64,000 nucleotides of DNA from Octopus sinensis (Eukaryota). Within the stretch, counting starts at the first letter, position 1. Each line of letters begins with the position of its first letter. Location: positions 44,454,001 through 44,518,000 of the forward strand of contig NC_043007.1 of assembly GCF_006345805.1 (NCBI RefSeq). Direction: 5' to 3'. Of the stretch, positions 47,873-59,469 are shown in pieces. Position numbers and translations under genes: made by a program. Below the pieces are notes generated by a model. The model did no database searches. It had not been told where the DNA came from and saw only the letters and a list, made by a program, of their open reading frames with translations.

Positions 47873-49328
47873 GTGGTTTTTATCTCTAATTTATATTATA
47901 TATGTATGTGTATATGTGTGTGTGTGCGTGCATGTGCGCACATGCACATGCGTGCCTGTCTTTGATTACATCTGCACTCACTTTTATCAAAGTTGTGATG
48001 TTGTCATTTTTCATGTCAACAAATCATCCATTTGCTTTGTACCTTTGAAGACGTGAAATAAGAGATCCCTTGAAAATCAAGTAAGGGTTAATAAGAACAA
48101 GGGCATCTAACTGTAAAACAGTGCCTCAACATCATATTTGTCTAACCCATGCTAGCATGGAAAAACATGCATAATACCCTCAACTGTTTTTAAGCAAATA
48201 CTCAGTCTTTACTTATTGTTATTTCTCCTTCATCCTCTTCACAACTGTCGGTATCTTTCTTTATTGAACTGTGGTCTACTTGATTTTAGTTTTAGAAATA
48301 TATGTCCCTGTGGTTTAGAAGTTTGTTTCCCAACTACATGATGTCAGATTCAGTCCCACTGCACCACATCTTGGGCAAGTGTTTTCTTTTCTAGTCTCAG
48401 GCCTACCAACACCTTTTGAGTGGATATGGTAGAGGAAATATGAAAGAAGACCATTTTGTCTGTGTGTGTGTGTCTGTGCACATTTGTGTTTCTTTGAAAT
48501 TTGTTGAGCTATAAGCAGTGATGTTGTCATTCTTCCTGTCAAAAAAAAAATCATCTGTTGGTTTTGTGCCTTCAAAGGCACGGAGTAAAAAAAAAACTTT
48601 TCTTTAAAAAACAGTTGAGAGCAGTTTTATGCATTTGATTTTCCATGTTAGCATGGGTTAGACGAATATAATGCTGAGGCATTGTTTTATAGCTGTATGT
48701 CCTTGTTCTTATTAACCCTTTTTTGGTTTTCAAAGGATCTCTTATTTTACATGTCTTGGATGATTTGTTGACAGGAAAAATGACAACATCATGACTTGTA
48801 CATCACAACTTTGGTAAAACTGAGAGCATTTAACACACACACACACTTACATATCCATGCATACATACGGTGGGTGTTAAGAAGGGCATCCAGACACAGA
48901 AATGGGCGTTGGGGACCAGTGTAGTCCTCTGTCAAACTGTGCAATGCATGCTGGCAGGCAAAATAGACATTATATGATGGTGATAAAATATACATGGTGG
49001 TCTTTCAGTTTCTACCTACCAAATCATATCCCAAGACTGATTGTCCCATACAAAAAGCTAAAGTGTCTAAGATGACACATGCCCTAGGTGCCATGTTGTA
49101 TGACTGAATCCGAAACCACTGAGCTGGGAAGTGGACATATTTTTCATTCATATCTGTGCCTATAAACCCAACAATGTCCTCAAACTCATCAATGGGTTTA
49201 AAACAATATGTCTTTTGTGTTGCCCTTAAAAGTATATGAATGCAGTTATTTTGTTCTTTTTTTTTTCAAAGTAGCATATGATTTTTGGATTTTTTATATA
49301 ATAATTTTTCCTTTAAAAAAAACTAAAG

Positions 49329-49431
49329 GGAATTTGTGATGGTGCCAGTTGTTTGATTTTGGCCAGTGAGAATGCTGTAAAGAAGCACAACCTTACCCCA
49401 TTGGCTCGAGTAGTCTCCTATGGTATTGCTG
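49329..49431 (+). CDS. ACAA2: ACAA2 exon 8
   Basis: AAG acceptor, gtaagt donor; GICDGASCLILASENAVKKHNLTPLARVVSYGIA. Confidence 0.92.
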
Positions 49432-50456
49432 GTAAGTTTTCAAAATTACCTCTTTATATGTGAGTAATTACTCTCCAAGATAGGTTTCACAGAACTGTGT
49501 CCTATTTCCAAGACAAAGAAATCTCTTTGACAATGCTATATATTTGTGTATCATTATCACCTTTAAACAATTTTTAGTCAATAGAAACATTCATAAACAA
49601 GTCCATTTTGAATCTCTTTCTCCCTTTAGTGATTATGTCCAGTATGTGCCTTGGAAGTAAAATTGGGCTGATGAAAACTATGGGAAGCTTGTCAGATGGA
49701 CTATACCAGTAATTCAAGAGGTCATCTTTGTCACACTCTGTCATACTTTTAAATAGTTTGGTTGATCAAATGATTGACTATTCATTGGTGAAAGCAATCC
49801 TGGTCCATTTACCATTTACTGATGGAAGAATGATTGTTGTGGCATTTCATATCTTTCTTGTGTATATATGAAATAGCTGCAAACCCAATCATATCTGCAT
49901 CAGGAACCCATAGCTTTAGGTTCTACTTTACTGATACAGCTATATTGTATAGTTACATACTTTTCATTTGTAATACAATTCTATATTTCCGAGATGAATA
50001 TATATTGTGTACACTGTTTCCTCATCTTGATTGTTACTTTCACTATGTTTTGCTGTCGTATGCTCCAACCTTCTTCACCTTAGTGCCTTGCCTGAGATTG
50101 AACTCAGGACCTCTAAATGACTGCACTTTAACCAATGCCTTTACCCACTACACTATACAGTTAGGTAGTGACAGAGTAAATTTTTAAGGCTTATAAACCC
50201 CCATTGATGTCTTATGTTGGCTCTGTATTGATTGGATAATACAATTCTATATTTCTGAGATGAGGAATTATATTATGTACACTATTTACTTTAGTAAGAC
50301 TGGTGACCTCATCTTCATTGTTGCTTTTACTATGTTTTGGCTGTTCTATGCTCCAGCCTTCTTCAGGTGTCTTGTGATTCACCTTAGTATCTTGCCTGGG
50401 ATTGAACTCAGAACCTCTAGGTTCATTCGTAGTTGACATTCTGAAATCTTTTCCAG

Positions 50457-50554
50457 GTTGTGATCCAACAATAATGGGTATTGGTCCAGCTCCCGCTGCA
50501 CGAGCAGCACTGAAAGTTGCTGGGAAAAATATGCATGATATGGACCTTATAGAA
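50457..50554 (+). CDS. ACAA2: ACAA2 exon 9
   Basis: ttccag/gtaagt; (G)CDPTIMGIGPAPAARAALKVAGKNMHDMDLIE. Confidence 0.95.
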
Positions 50555-51318
50555 GTAAGTATATTGTAGATCAGTGGTTCTCAGCCATTTTTTTGTTGTT
50601 TATGTACCACTTTTGAACCTAACTTCCCTTTCTGGTCCCTTCATAGATGCTATTAGTTATAAAATTCTTACACTATTTTACCTTGTAGTAAAATTGAACT
50701 GTTTGTCATAACTTAAAAAGCAGCCATTTCTATGCAGATCAAATTGTGTATTTATGAAGAAAGTTTTATATATATATAAAACTTACAAGGTGATACAAAA
50801 GAAGTAGAAGCTATAAAAATTGGTGAAAATTAACTTTAAAAAATATGTACTTCATTAAAAAAATACCCATAGAAACAAATTATTTTGTAACAAAAAATAT
50901 TCTTATGATTGGCACTTTATTCTGTATCAATGAGACTTGTGGCAATGGAAACACACCAGTTATTCCAATTGTAGCATTGTTAGTGAAAAGCAATCATCTT
51001 TTGTTGAGATATCACTGTAGTTTCTTATCTTTCCATATTGGATTAGCTGCATAAAACCAAATTCGGTGAGATAAGTTGTGGGAAAAGTAATGAGCTTACT
51101 TTCTTCCAGAGAAATGGAGACTTTGTGGCAACCTCATTGCTTTTCTATAAATTATATTTATGTTTGAGTACTCTGTAACTTAATGAGTTTCACCTATAAT
51201 GTAATATCAACGCAAAATAATTTATCCTAAATAAGATATACAACATAACTGGGAACATCAACAATAATAGTAACAACTATAGCAATGTTTGGTATAATAA
51301 TTTTAAATTTGATTTTAG

Positions 51319-51473
51319 GTTAATGAAGCTTTTGGAGCTCAATATTTAGCTGTGGAAAAAGAACTTGAACTTGATCCTGCCAGGACAAACCCAAATGGTG
51401 GTGCTATTGCTCTTGGACATCCATTGGCTGCTTCCGGAGCTAGAATAACAGGACATCTTGTCCATGAAATTAA
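51319..51473 (+). CDS. ACAA2: ACAA2 exon 10 (NEAF and GHP motifs)
   Basis: ttttag/gtaagt; [16 protein letters not shown]...[26 protein letters not shown]. Confidence 0.96.
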
Positions 51474-51877
51474 GTAAGTTCCTCAACAAAGCCATTGATT
51501 TCTTTTCCTATTTTTAAATTTCTGTATTATGTTGCTGTGTCTGAGAAAGACAACTATTATTCCTATTCTTTAATTTTTTTGTTGTCATATTTTTGTAGAA
51601 ACATACTGACTTGATTTCAATTATTTCTAAAAATAATGAAGAATTTAGTAAAATAATTTTGTTATTGTTAAGCTGGTACTTGGAAGAAATTACCAATAAA
51701 ATTTTAATGGAACTTTTTAACTTACATCATTTTAAAATATGAATTTAGCAGTTCAGTATAGAGAACTGATAGAATTAGTATCAGGCTTAAAAAAAAAGTA
51801 CTGGGGTCAATTCATTCAACTAAAATTTCTTCAAGGCAATGCTCCAGCATGGCCACAGTTTGATACAAGTAAAAGAT

Positions 51878-51910
<33 letters not shown>

Positions 51911-52164
51911 ATATATAACTTTTACTTATTTCAGTCATTAGACAGTGGCCATGTTGGGACACTTACCTTCAATTTTTAGTCAAATGAATTGACTCCAGTA
52001 CTTATTTTTTAAGGCTGGTACTTATCCTATTGGTCTTCTTTGCCGAACTGCCAAGTTATGGGGACGCAAACACACTAACACCAGTTGACAAGCAATGGTG
52101 GGGGACAAACGCAGACACATACACACAAATATATATCGTAATGAGATATATATATATATATATA

Positions 52165-52501
52165 TATAATAAATATTAGGGAATAAATCCAAATTTACAG
52201 GGAAAAAATCAGATTTAGGATTAAATCCAATTTTATAGTAAAATATTATAAAATATTATTAGAGACAAAACCACTATTTTGCAAAACAAACAAGGAAAGA
52301 CTTAATCAATACATAAAATTTTAATAAATAGTCAAAAAAACCGCCACTACAATTGGTCAATTCATTTGAAGATTGTCGATCAAGACAAGAAACAATTGTA
52401 GTGGCGGTTTTTTTGACTATTTATTAAAATTTTATGTATTGATTAAGTCTTTCCTTGTTTGTTTTGCAAAATAGTGGTTTTGTCTCTAATAATATTTTAT
52501 A
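52165..52501. mobile_element. Penelope-like repeat fragment as an inverted pair around a hammerhead motif (52362-52404)
   Basis: 109-bp inverted arms 52247-52355 / 52393-52501; same family as 62210-62430; bounded by (TA)n. Confidence 0.7.
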
Positions 52502-52546
52502 TATATATATATATTATATGTGTGTGTGTTTGTCCCCCTTCATTGC

Positions 52547-53118
52547 TTGGGAAGGCCAGTTTATGGGATTACCCTGAAAGGGTTTAACTTTATGGCATAT
52601 CATCAGACCCCATAACCTGTTGGCCTATGACCTCTTCAAAACTTGGAGGAGGAAAGACCTCGTTACGAATGTAAACAAGGGGATTATGTCCCTTTGCCAT
52701 TGACCATCGACTATCAACTCTTGGCTGCGCCGTCATCTTGTGGTTTTCAAAAAGTTACTAAGGCATACAATAGGGGATTACCTTCCCTTCGCCATTGGCT
52801 ATCAACTTCTGACTGTGCCACCATCTTGCGAATTCCAAGCCACTAACAGGAATTTCCTAAAATGCAAACGTAACCCGAAGATCTCCGTCCTGGAATTAAG
52901 GATGCTCCTTGGCTCGAGTGAGTCATTTAGGAATCGATAGTCGATGGCCAGTGGTAAAGGGAGATAATCCCCTTGTTTACATTTGTAACAAGGCATTCCC
53001 CCTCCATAATTTGAAGAAGTCTTAGGCCAACAGGTTTTGGGGTTTGACGATATGTCATAAAGTTAAATAATTTATGGACGGGAAACTTAGGGTAATCCCA
53101 TAAACAGTCCTTCTCCAA
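52547..53118. mobile_element. Foldback/MITE-like element with about 170-190-bp imperfect inverted arms
   Basis: ttgggaaggccagtttatgggattaccct... vs ...agggtaatcccataaacagtccttctccaa; shared tgtaaacaaggggattat block; internal tandem duplicate. Confidence 0.75.
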
Positions 53119-53848
53119 TAAAAATAAAACTTATACTGCTCTACATCTTAGAGTGTGCTTCTTTACGGGATTATGTTTTCCACAAAAGATATATATATAT
53201 ATGACAAGCTTCTTTCAGTTTTCGCCTACCAAATCCACTCACAAGGGTTTGGTTTGCCTAGACTGTAGTAGAAGATACTTACCCAAGGTGCCACACAGTG
53301 GGATTGAACCCTAAACCATGGGGCTGTGAAGCAAGCTTCTTACTACACAGCCACATCTATATATTCTTTCTTTTATTCTTTTACTTATATTCTAGAATTT
53401 CACCTCTCATATGATGAGTAGCTTTGGAAATATAGTTTGACCACCATGGATAATTTGATGATAAATTATAATTGTATGTCAGCCTAATTACCCCTTGGTA
53501 TTAATAGTGCCTCTGTCACTAATATATACACAATATAAGATATGCTGATGATAGAAAGTTATTGGTAGGCAGCAATGAAAAATTGCAAGAAATTGTTGAT
53601 TTTGTAAAAGAGCTAAGTGGCAAGAAAGACCTAAATATGAGTATGAAAAATACAAAAAATAAACAAAAACAAAGGTTATCAGTAAGGCAGAGAATAAAAG
53701 GAAGCAAATATAAAGGTATTTAGGACTGAAGCCTGGAGAAGTAAAAAAAAAAAAAGAAACGAGTATTTTAGGACAAATAATAACTTGGGAAGGTTGCTTT
53801 GAAGAAATTACATGTATGTGTGTGAGTGTGTGTGTATATGTATATATA

Positions 53849-54222
53849 CACTACCGTCAGAAATTAATTAGCACCCTTGATTTGCTCTTCACTCAAGGTA
53901 TGTGCTGTCACCTAGTGGCCATATCTCGAACTATTGCTTTGTTGCGAGTTCACTGTTGCGCAGAACGATGACGTAACTTTGTTTGCAGAGCAGTTTGAGA
54001 GTCTACACCCTTATGATGTTGACATAGCAGTGCAACAACTTGGAGTGCTGATGCAGACAAATCTTCCTTTGTTTAATAGATATAGGTAGCGCCTCGCAAG
54101 GACAGAAATCACACCATACTAAGTTTTCTCATCGCGTAAGACGTTTTGAACAGCTCATAGGTTAATTGATTTAACCTATTTAATGTAGAAATTTGAGAAG
54201 TGCTAATTAATTTCTGACGCAA

Positions 54223-54225
<3 letters not shown>
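53849..54225. mobile_element. Tc1/mariner-type MITE
   Basis: TIR core cgtcagaaattaattagcac / gtgctaattaatttctgacg, flanked by TA. Confidence 0.8.
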
Positions 54226-54263
<38 letters not shown>

Positions 54264-55039
54264 GCTGCAAATACACACCCACACCTAAATGGAAAGTAGA
54301 TATGAAATAATGGTAGTGGTGTTAATGTTGACACACCCCTATACTCATATTATGCTCACTTAATTTTTATAGGTGGTGAACTGGTGCAGATAATTGAATG
54401 CTGAGCAAAATGTTTTATAAAATCTAATTTGTTTCTTGTGGGTCGTCTTTCCCTTTCATACCACTTTGGCTCTCAGTGGGTGGAGACCAGATGGTGTGAA
54501 AGTTTCCCATTTGTTCCCATTCAAGTGCAATACTGAATGGAGGTGATGGTGGGGAATGCTGAGATGGGGGAGGGATTAGGTTTTCTTCTGCATCATGGGA
54601 TGACATTACAAATGTTGCTGTTAAGCCCTAAGTCAGTCCTCATCTAGCTGGCTCATGACAAATCACTCAAGTTGTGGCCATTTCCTCTTTTTTTTTTTCA
54701 GGCAGAGTGTCTGTTGGATAACATTATCCAATGTATTCTTCTTTTAAGGCACTAATGTATGATTTAAGTGAATTATGATTATCATTTCTAGCAGGTGAAG
54801 CAACTGTGTAGAAGCTCCTTTGTTGATATGTTTCTATTTTTTCTCAGGCATCAAATTTATGCTCTAGTTGAACCTTTTGGGTTCTTTATGAAGAAGAGAG
54901 TAATCTCCTGGGTCTCTTTGTACAGGCTTTTGGCTTGTTTGCTTTGATGTGTTTATAAGTTTAGGCTAATAAAGCTAAACTATTAATCAGCAAGGTTACA
55001 TTCTTCAATACTGGCGTTGTCTTGACTGAATATCAGATA

Positions 55040-56110
55040 CCAGGTTAGTTAAGTCGGATTTGATCAACAGCCAGACTAACTGAGACAGATATGATCAACA
55101 GTCAGACAGATTTGATCATTAATCAGACAGATTTGATCACTAACCAGACTAGTTGAGAGAGATTTGATCAACAGCCAGGCTAGTTGAGAGAGATTTGATC
55201 AATAGGCAGGCTAGTCAAGAGAGATTTGATCAACAGCCTTGCTAGTTGAGAGAGATTTGATCAACAGCTAGGCTAGTTGAGAGAGATTTGATCAACAGCC
55301 AAGCTAGTTGAGAGAGATTTGATCAACAGTCAGGCTAGTTGAGAGAGATTTGATCAACAGTCAGGCTAGTTGAGAGAGATTTGATCAACAGTCAGGCTAG
55401 TTGAGAGAGATTTGATCAACAGTCAGGCTAGTTGAGAGAGATTTGATCAACAGCCACACCAGTTGAGAGAGATTTGATCAGCATTCGAACTAGTCGAGCC
55501 ATATTTGATCAGCATTCAAACTAGTCGAGCCATATTTTATCAGCATTCGAACTAGTTAAGCCAGACTAGTTGAGTCATATTTGAGGGACAACCAGACTAG
55601 TCGAGCCATATTTGATGGACAACCAGACTAGTCGAGCCATATTTGATTGACAGCCAGACTAGTTGAGCCATATTTGATTGACAGCCAGACTAGTTGAGCC
55701 ATATTTGATTGACAGCCTGACTAGTCGAGCCATATTTGACTGACAACCAGACTAGTCGAGCCATATTTGACTGACAGCCAGACTAGTTGAGCCATATTTG
55801 ACTGACAGCCAGACTAGTTGAACCATATTTGACTGACAGCCAGACTAGTCAAACCATATTTGACTGACAGCCAGACTAATTGAGCCATATTTGATCGTCA
55901 GCCAGACTAGTCAAGACATATTTGATCGACAGCCAGATTAGTCAAGACATATTTGATCGACAGCCAGACTAGTCAAGACATATCTGATCGACAGCCAAAC
56001 TAGTCAAGACATTTGATTGACAGCCAGATTAGTCAAGACATATTTAATCGACAGCCAGACTAGTCAAGACATATTTGATCGACAGCCAGACTAGTCAAGA
56101 CATATTTGAT
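55040..56110. repeat. 31-bp minisatellite, about 34 units
   Basis: Unit gagagagatttgatcaacagtcaggctagtt, grading into gagccatatttgactgacagccagactagtt and aagacatatttgatcgacagccagactagtc. Confidence 0.95.
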
Positions 56111-56927
56111 CTGCTAAGTTGTAGTCTATAGCATAGTCCACTGTTGCAAATAGTTGGTCAGTTGGCTTCACTTGGCCAGTTTACTTCAGTGATAATTTTG
56201 TATTTAGAGCCTAATCCAGGGGAGATATAACTCCCATCTGCTTAACACCATAGAAAACTGGATCTACAATAGTCAGTCCCATGTATCCTTGTGATTCAAT
56301 AATGAACAAATTGCTTAACATAGTTAAGGACCTTAACAAGGGATCAGAGCTGAAGTATCTTTTGTTCCTAAAGAAGAATCAGTCTTTGCTATAAAGTTTT
56401 GCCGTTTTATAAATATGTCACAATCAGAGGTTGTGAAACTTAGCATTTGTTGTGACTTTAAAGGTTTTAGTTGTTTAATGTTTATGAAGAGAGATGAGGT
56501 ACAAACTTACTTCTTTGATATATGTATTTATTATGGTCCAGTAGTTAGTGTTGCACTCATGATCATCAGCTTGTTATTTTGGTTCTCCATCTAGTAAAAC
56601 ACTTAATTTCATGTTGGCCCTGTCCACTCAGCTGTAAATAAATTTCAGCAATAGCTGTGAAGTTAACTCTGCATAGACTGGCATCCTGTTGTAGGGGTTT
56701 GCTGGAGTTGTAATCTCAGTCTCTTATATGCCATAGTATCTGAGTTAAGCTCTGACCTTTTAAGTCCTAGGGTTCAAGACAGATCTAAGTAAGTATTGCT
56801 GTTGAACGAGGCCAAGTTGTTTAACTCTTTATTAGGTCGAAAGTATTGCTTTCAGCAATTAAAAAATTTTTTTCAGTTAATTAAAATTACTTTGTGATTG
56901 AATTATTTGATACATTTTTTATTTCAG

Positions 56928-57009
56928 ACGTACCGGTGGCAAACTGGCCCTTGGTTCAGCATGCATTGGTGGAGGACAAGGTATTGCTGTTATTACAGAG
57001 AATCTGTAA
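56928..57009 (+). CDS. ACAA2: ACAA2 terminal exon 11
   Basis: atttcag acceptor; (K)RTGGKLALGSACIGGGQGIAVITENL* with second catalytic Cys; AATAAA at 57094-57099. Exons sum to 1197 nt = 398 aa plus stop. Confidence 0.95.
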
Positions 57010-58710
57010 TAAGCCGTTGTTTTTAGAATTTCTAATGAGACCATCCATACTTTCTAATAATGTTTTTTACTTGACATATGTACATATTACTTGAATAAAG
57101 TGATAGTTTTTTACATTGTTCAATTTGTTGAAAATATTTAACTTTCTTATGCAAGGAAAGAGAAGGAGATCTAGGAAGACATGGGATGAAGGCTGATCTC
57201 AAGATGTTGAGATTCATGAAGAGAAGGTGACAAAGGCTCAAGATGATTGGTAATTAGCTGTGCTTGTGAAAACACATATCTGTCACAGTGAAATTGAGGT
57301 CCTAAAAGCCTACACATGCTGGACCCTGCCCCTGAATCCAGTCTGTTCCATCAATCTCATCTCATCTTCCTGACATCTGTCTCTCCATCACTCTTCTGTT
57401 GCACTACATGGCTGATGTTATCACTCATGGGCAGAATTGATACTCCCTTTCTGAGTTACATCTTTAACAACTTTCATATTTGCTATCATTCTCAATGTCT
57501 TCCCATATCCACCATCGATATTCCCTACTATTGTAGCTCTACTCACTCTCATGACCCTCTGACCGCCATCTCTTTCAGTGGATATCTCCCCCTCCCCCAT
57601 TCTTACACCCTGTACCTCATCTTCCTCCTTTCTGATCTATCTGCAGGTTTCCACTTGTCACCTCCATTTTCCCAGGCCACTTTTATCTCTCTTGCCTTAA
57701 CCTCTCTCCATACTGATATTTTCTGTCAGCTATATCTTCACCCTTGTTCATCACTCACTACATTCACCTCTATTCTCATTTTTAATAATTTGTTACTCTC
57801 CTCTCACACTCTTATGAAATTACTGGCTCTTTTTGCTCCCTTAATACACTGTATTCTCTCATTATTATCTTATTGAACTTTGAGGGGTCATTCTGGCACT
57901 CCACCAACATATTTATTTCCTATTGAGCTACTTCTATCTACCCTTATATAATGATGGGTAGCTGTGTATCCCCTCTATAGCTATACACCTGTGCTTGAAC
58001 CTCTTGTCCTAACTTTAGTCCTTCAACACCTGGCTTAAAGCCACCTCTCCCTCTCATAAATACCTGCCCCCATTTATTTACAGGAATATTTCCTTTTTAT
58101 TCCTTGTCTTGCAAGTTACTTGACAACCTCTCTATCTGTGGCATGATTCAAACATCTAGTATACACAGTAAAGTGGTTGGCATTAGGAAGGGTCCTCAGC
58201 TGTTGAAGCCATTCTAAAGCTGACAGTGGATCTTGATACAGTCTTATAGCTCACTGGATCCTGTCAAACTAATTAAGCCATAACAGTATGGAAAACAGAC
58301 ATTGGTGATACAAGTGTTGTAAAGTGGTAGTACAAGGTTGGCAGGCAGGGTTTACTGACAAAAGTGCCAACAAAATGTGGTAATAAACATACATATACAG
58401 AAACCAGATGATGCATAGGCATTGATGAATTGTTAAAAATACTGCAACTTCTGCCTCACTGAAAAGCTTCACATTTTCTATTCCAAAATTTACATGAAAA
58501 AAGTATGAACTCTTCCTTTCAGATGCAGGAAACAAACAAAGCATTGGAGTTGGTATTGTTTTAACATTAACTTTTTCATGCATGCATGAACTGGGCAGGG
58601 TTTATTGGGGCAGATTTTCTACAGCTGGATGCCCTTCCTGCTTTCAACCCTCACCTGTTTCTAAGGAAGGTCATATTTCCCCATGGCTAGACATGCTTTA
58701 TAAATGACCT

Positions 58711-58783
<73 letters not shown>

Positions 58784-59469
58784 ATATGGATTTCTTTATA
58801 ATTTCTGTCTACTTACAAGGCTTTGGTCAGCCAGGGGTTAAAGAAGAAGTCACTCAGCCAAGATGCCATGCAGTGAGACTGAACCTGAAACCATTTGGTT
58901 AGGAAGCAAACTTCTTACCCACTCAGTCATGCCTGTGTCTGAACACAGGTATGAATCTTTCTGGGTGAGTAGCAGCAATGTAGTGAAATACTAGACATAT
59001 TGTTGGTATAGAAAAGAATAAAGAAAGTAATTAGGCAATGTGACAGCAGCAGTGATCTCTGAATGATTGTCACAAACTGGACTGACAGATGGACGAAGAG
59101 ACAGATTTTTATGAAACCTTTCATTGTTATCTCAATAACAAATGACGATAATTTCATTACCTTGGCTAGTAACTTTAATGGATATGTTAGGCAACACCAT
59201 GATTGTTACTCTGGCATACATGGAAACTACAGACACAGTGTGAAGAATAAGTAGGTATCAGGTTCTTGGCATTCTGAGATGTAAGTGACAATTTGCAGTA
59301 CTACAGGAAACTGGCCAGTCACCTGATTATCTATGAATGAAGTTGACTTGCATAGCAACTAGATTACATACTGCCCAGGAAGCAAAACAAGTTTGTGGAC
59401 AATGGGGGGGGGGCTTTCTACAGTGAAGAAAATACTATCAAATACAGGTTATTGATCAGTGACTTAAGA

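Noticed and set aside
55040-56110. CRISPR-like array
   Set aside because: Contiguous tandem units with no unique spacers, no cas genes, eukaryotic intron context.
57316-57876. 186-aa hydrophobic ORF downstream of ACAA2
   Set aside because: Pyrimidine-rich low-complexity sequence with no domain motifs or clear exon signals.
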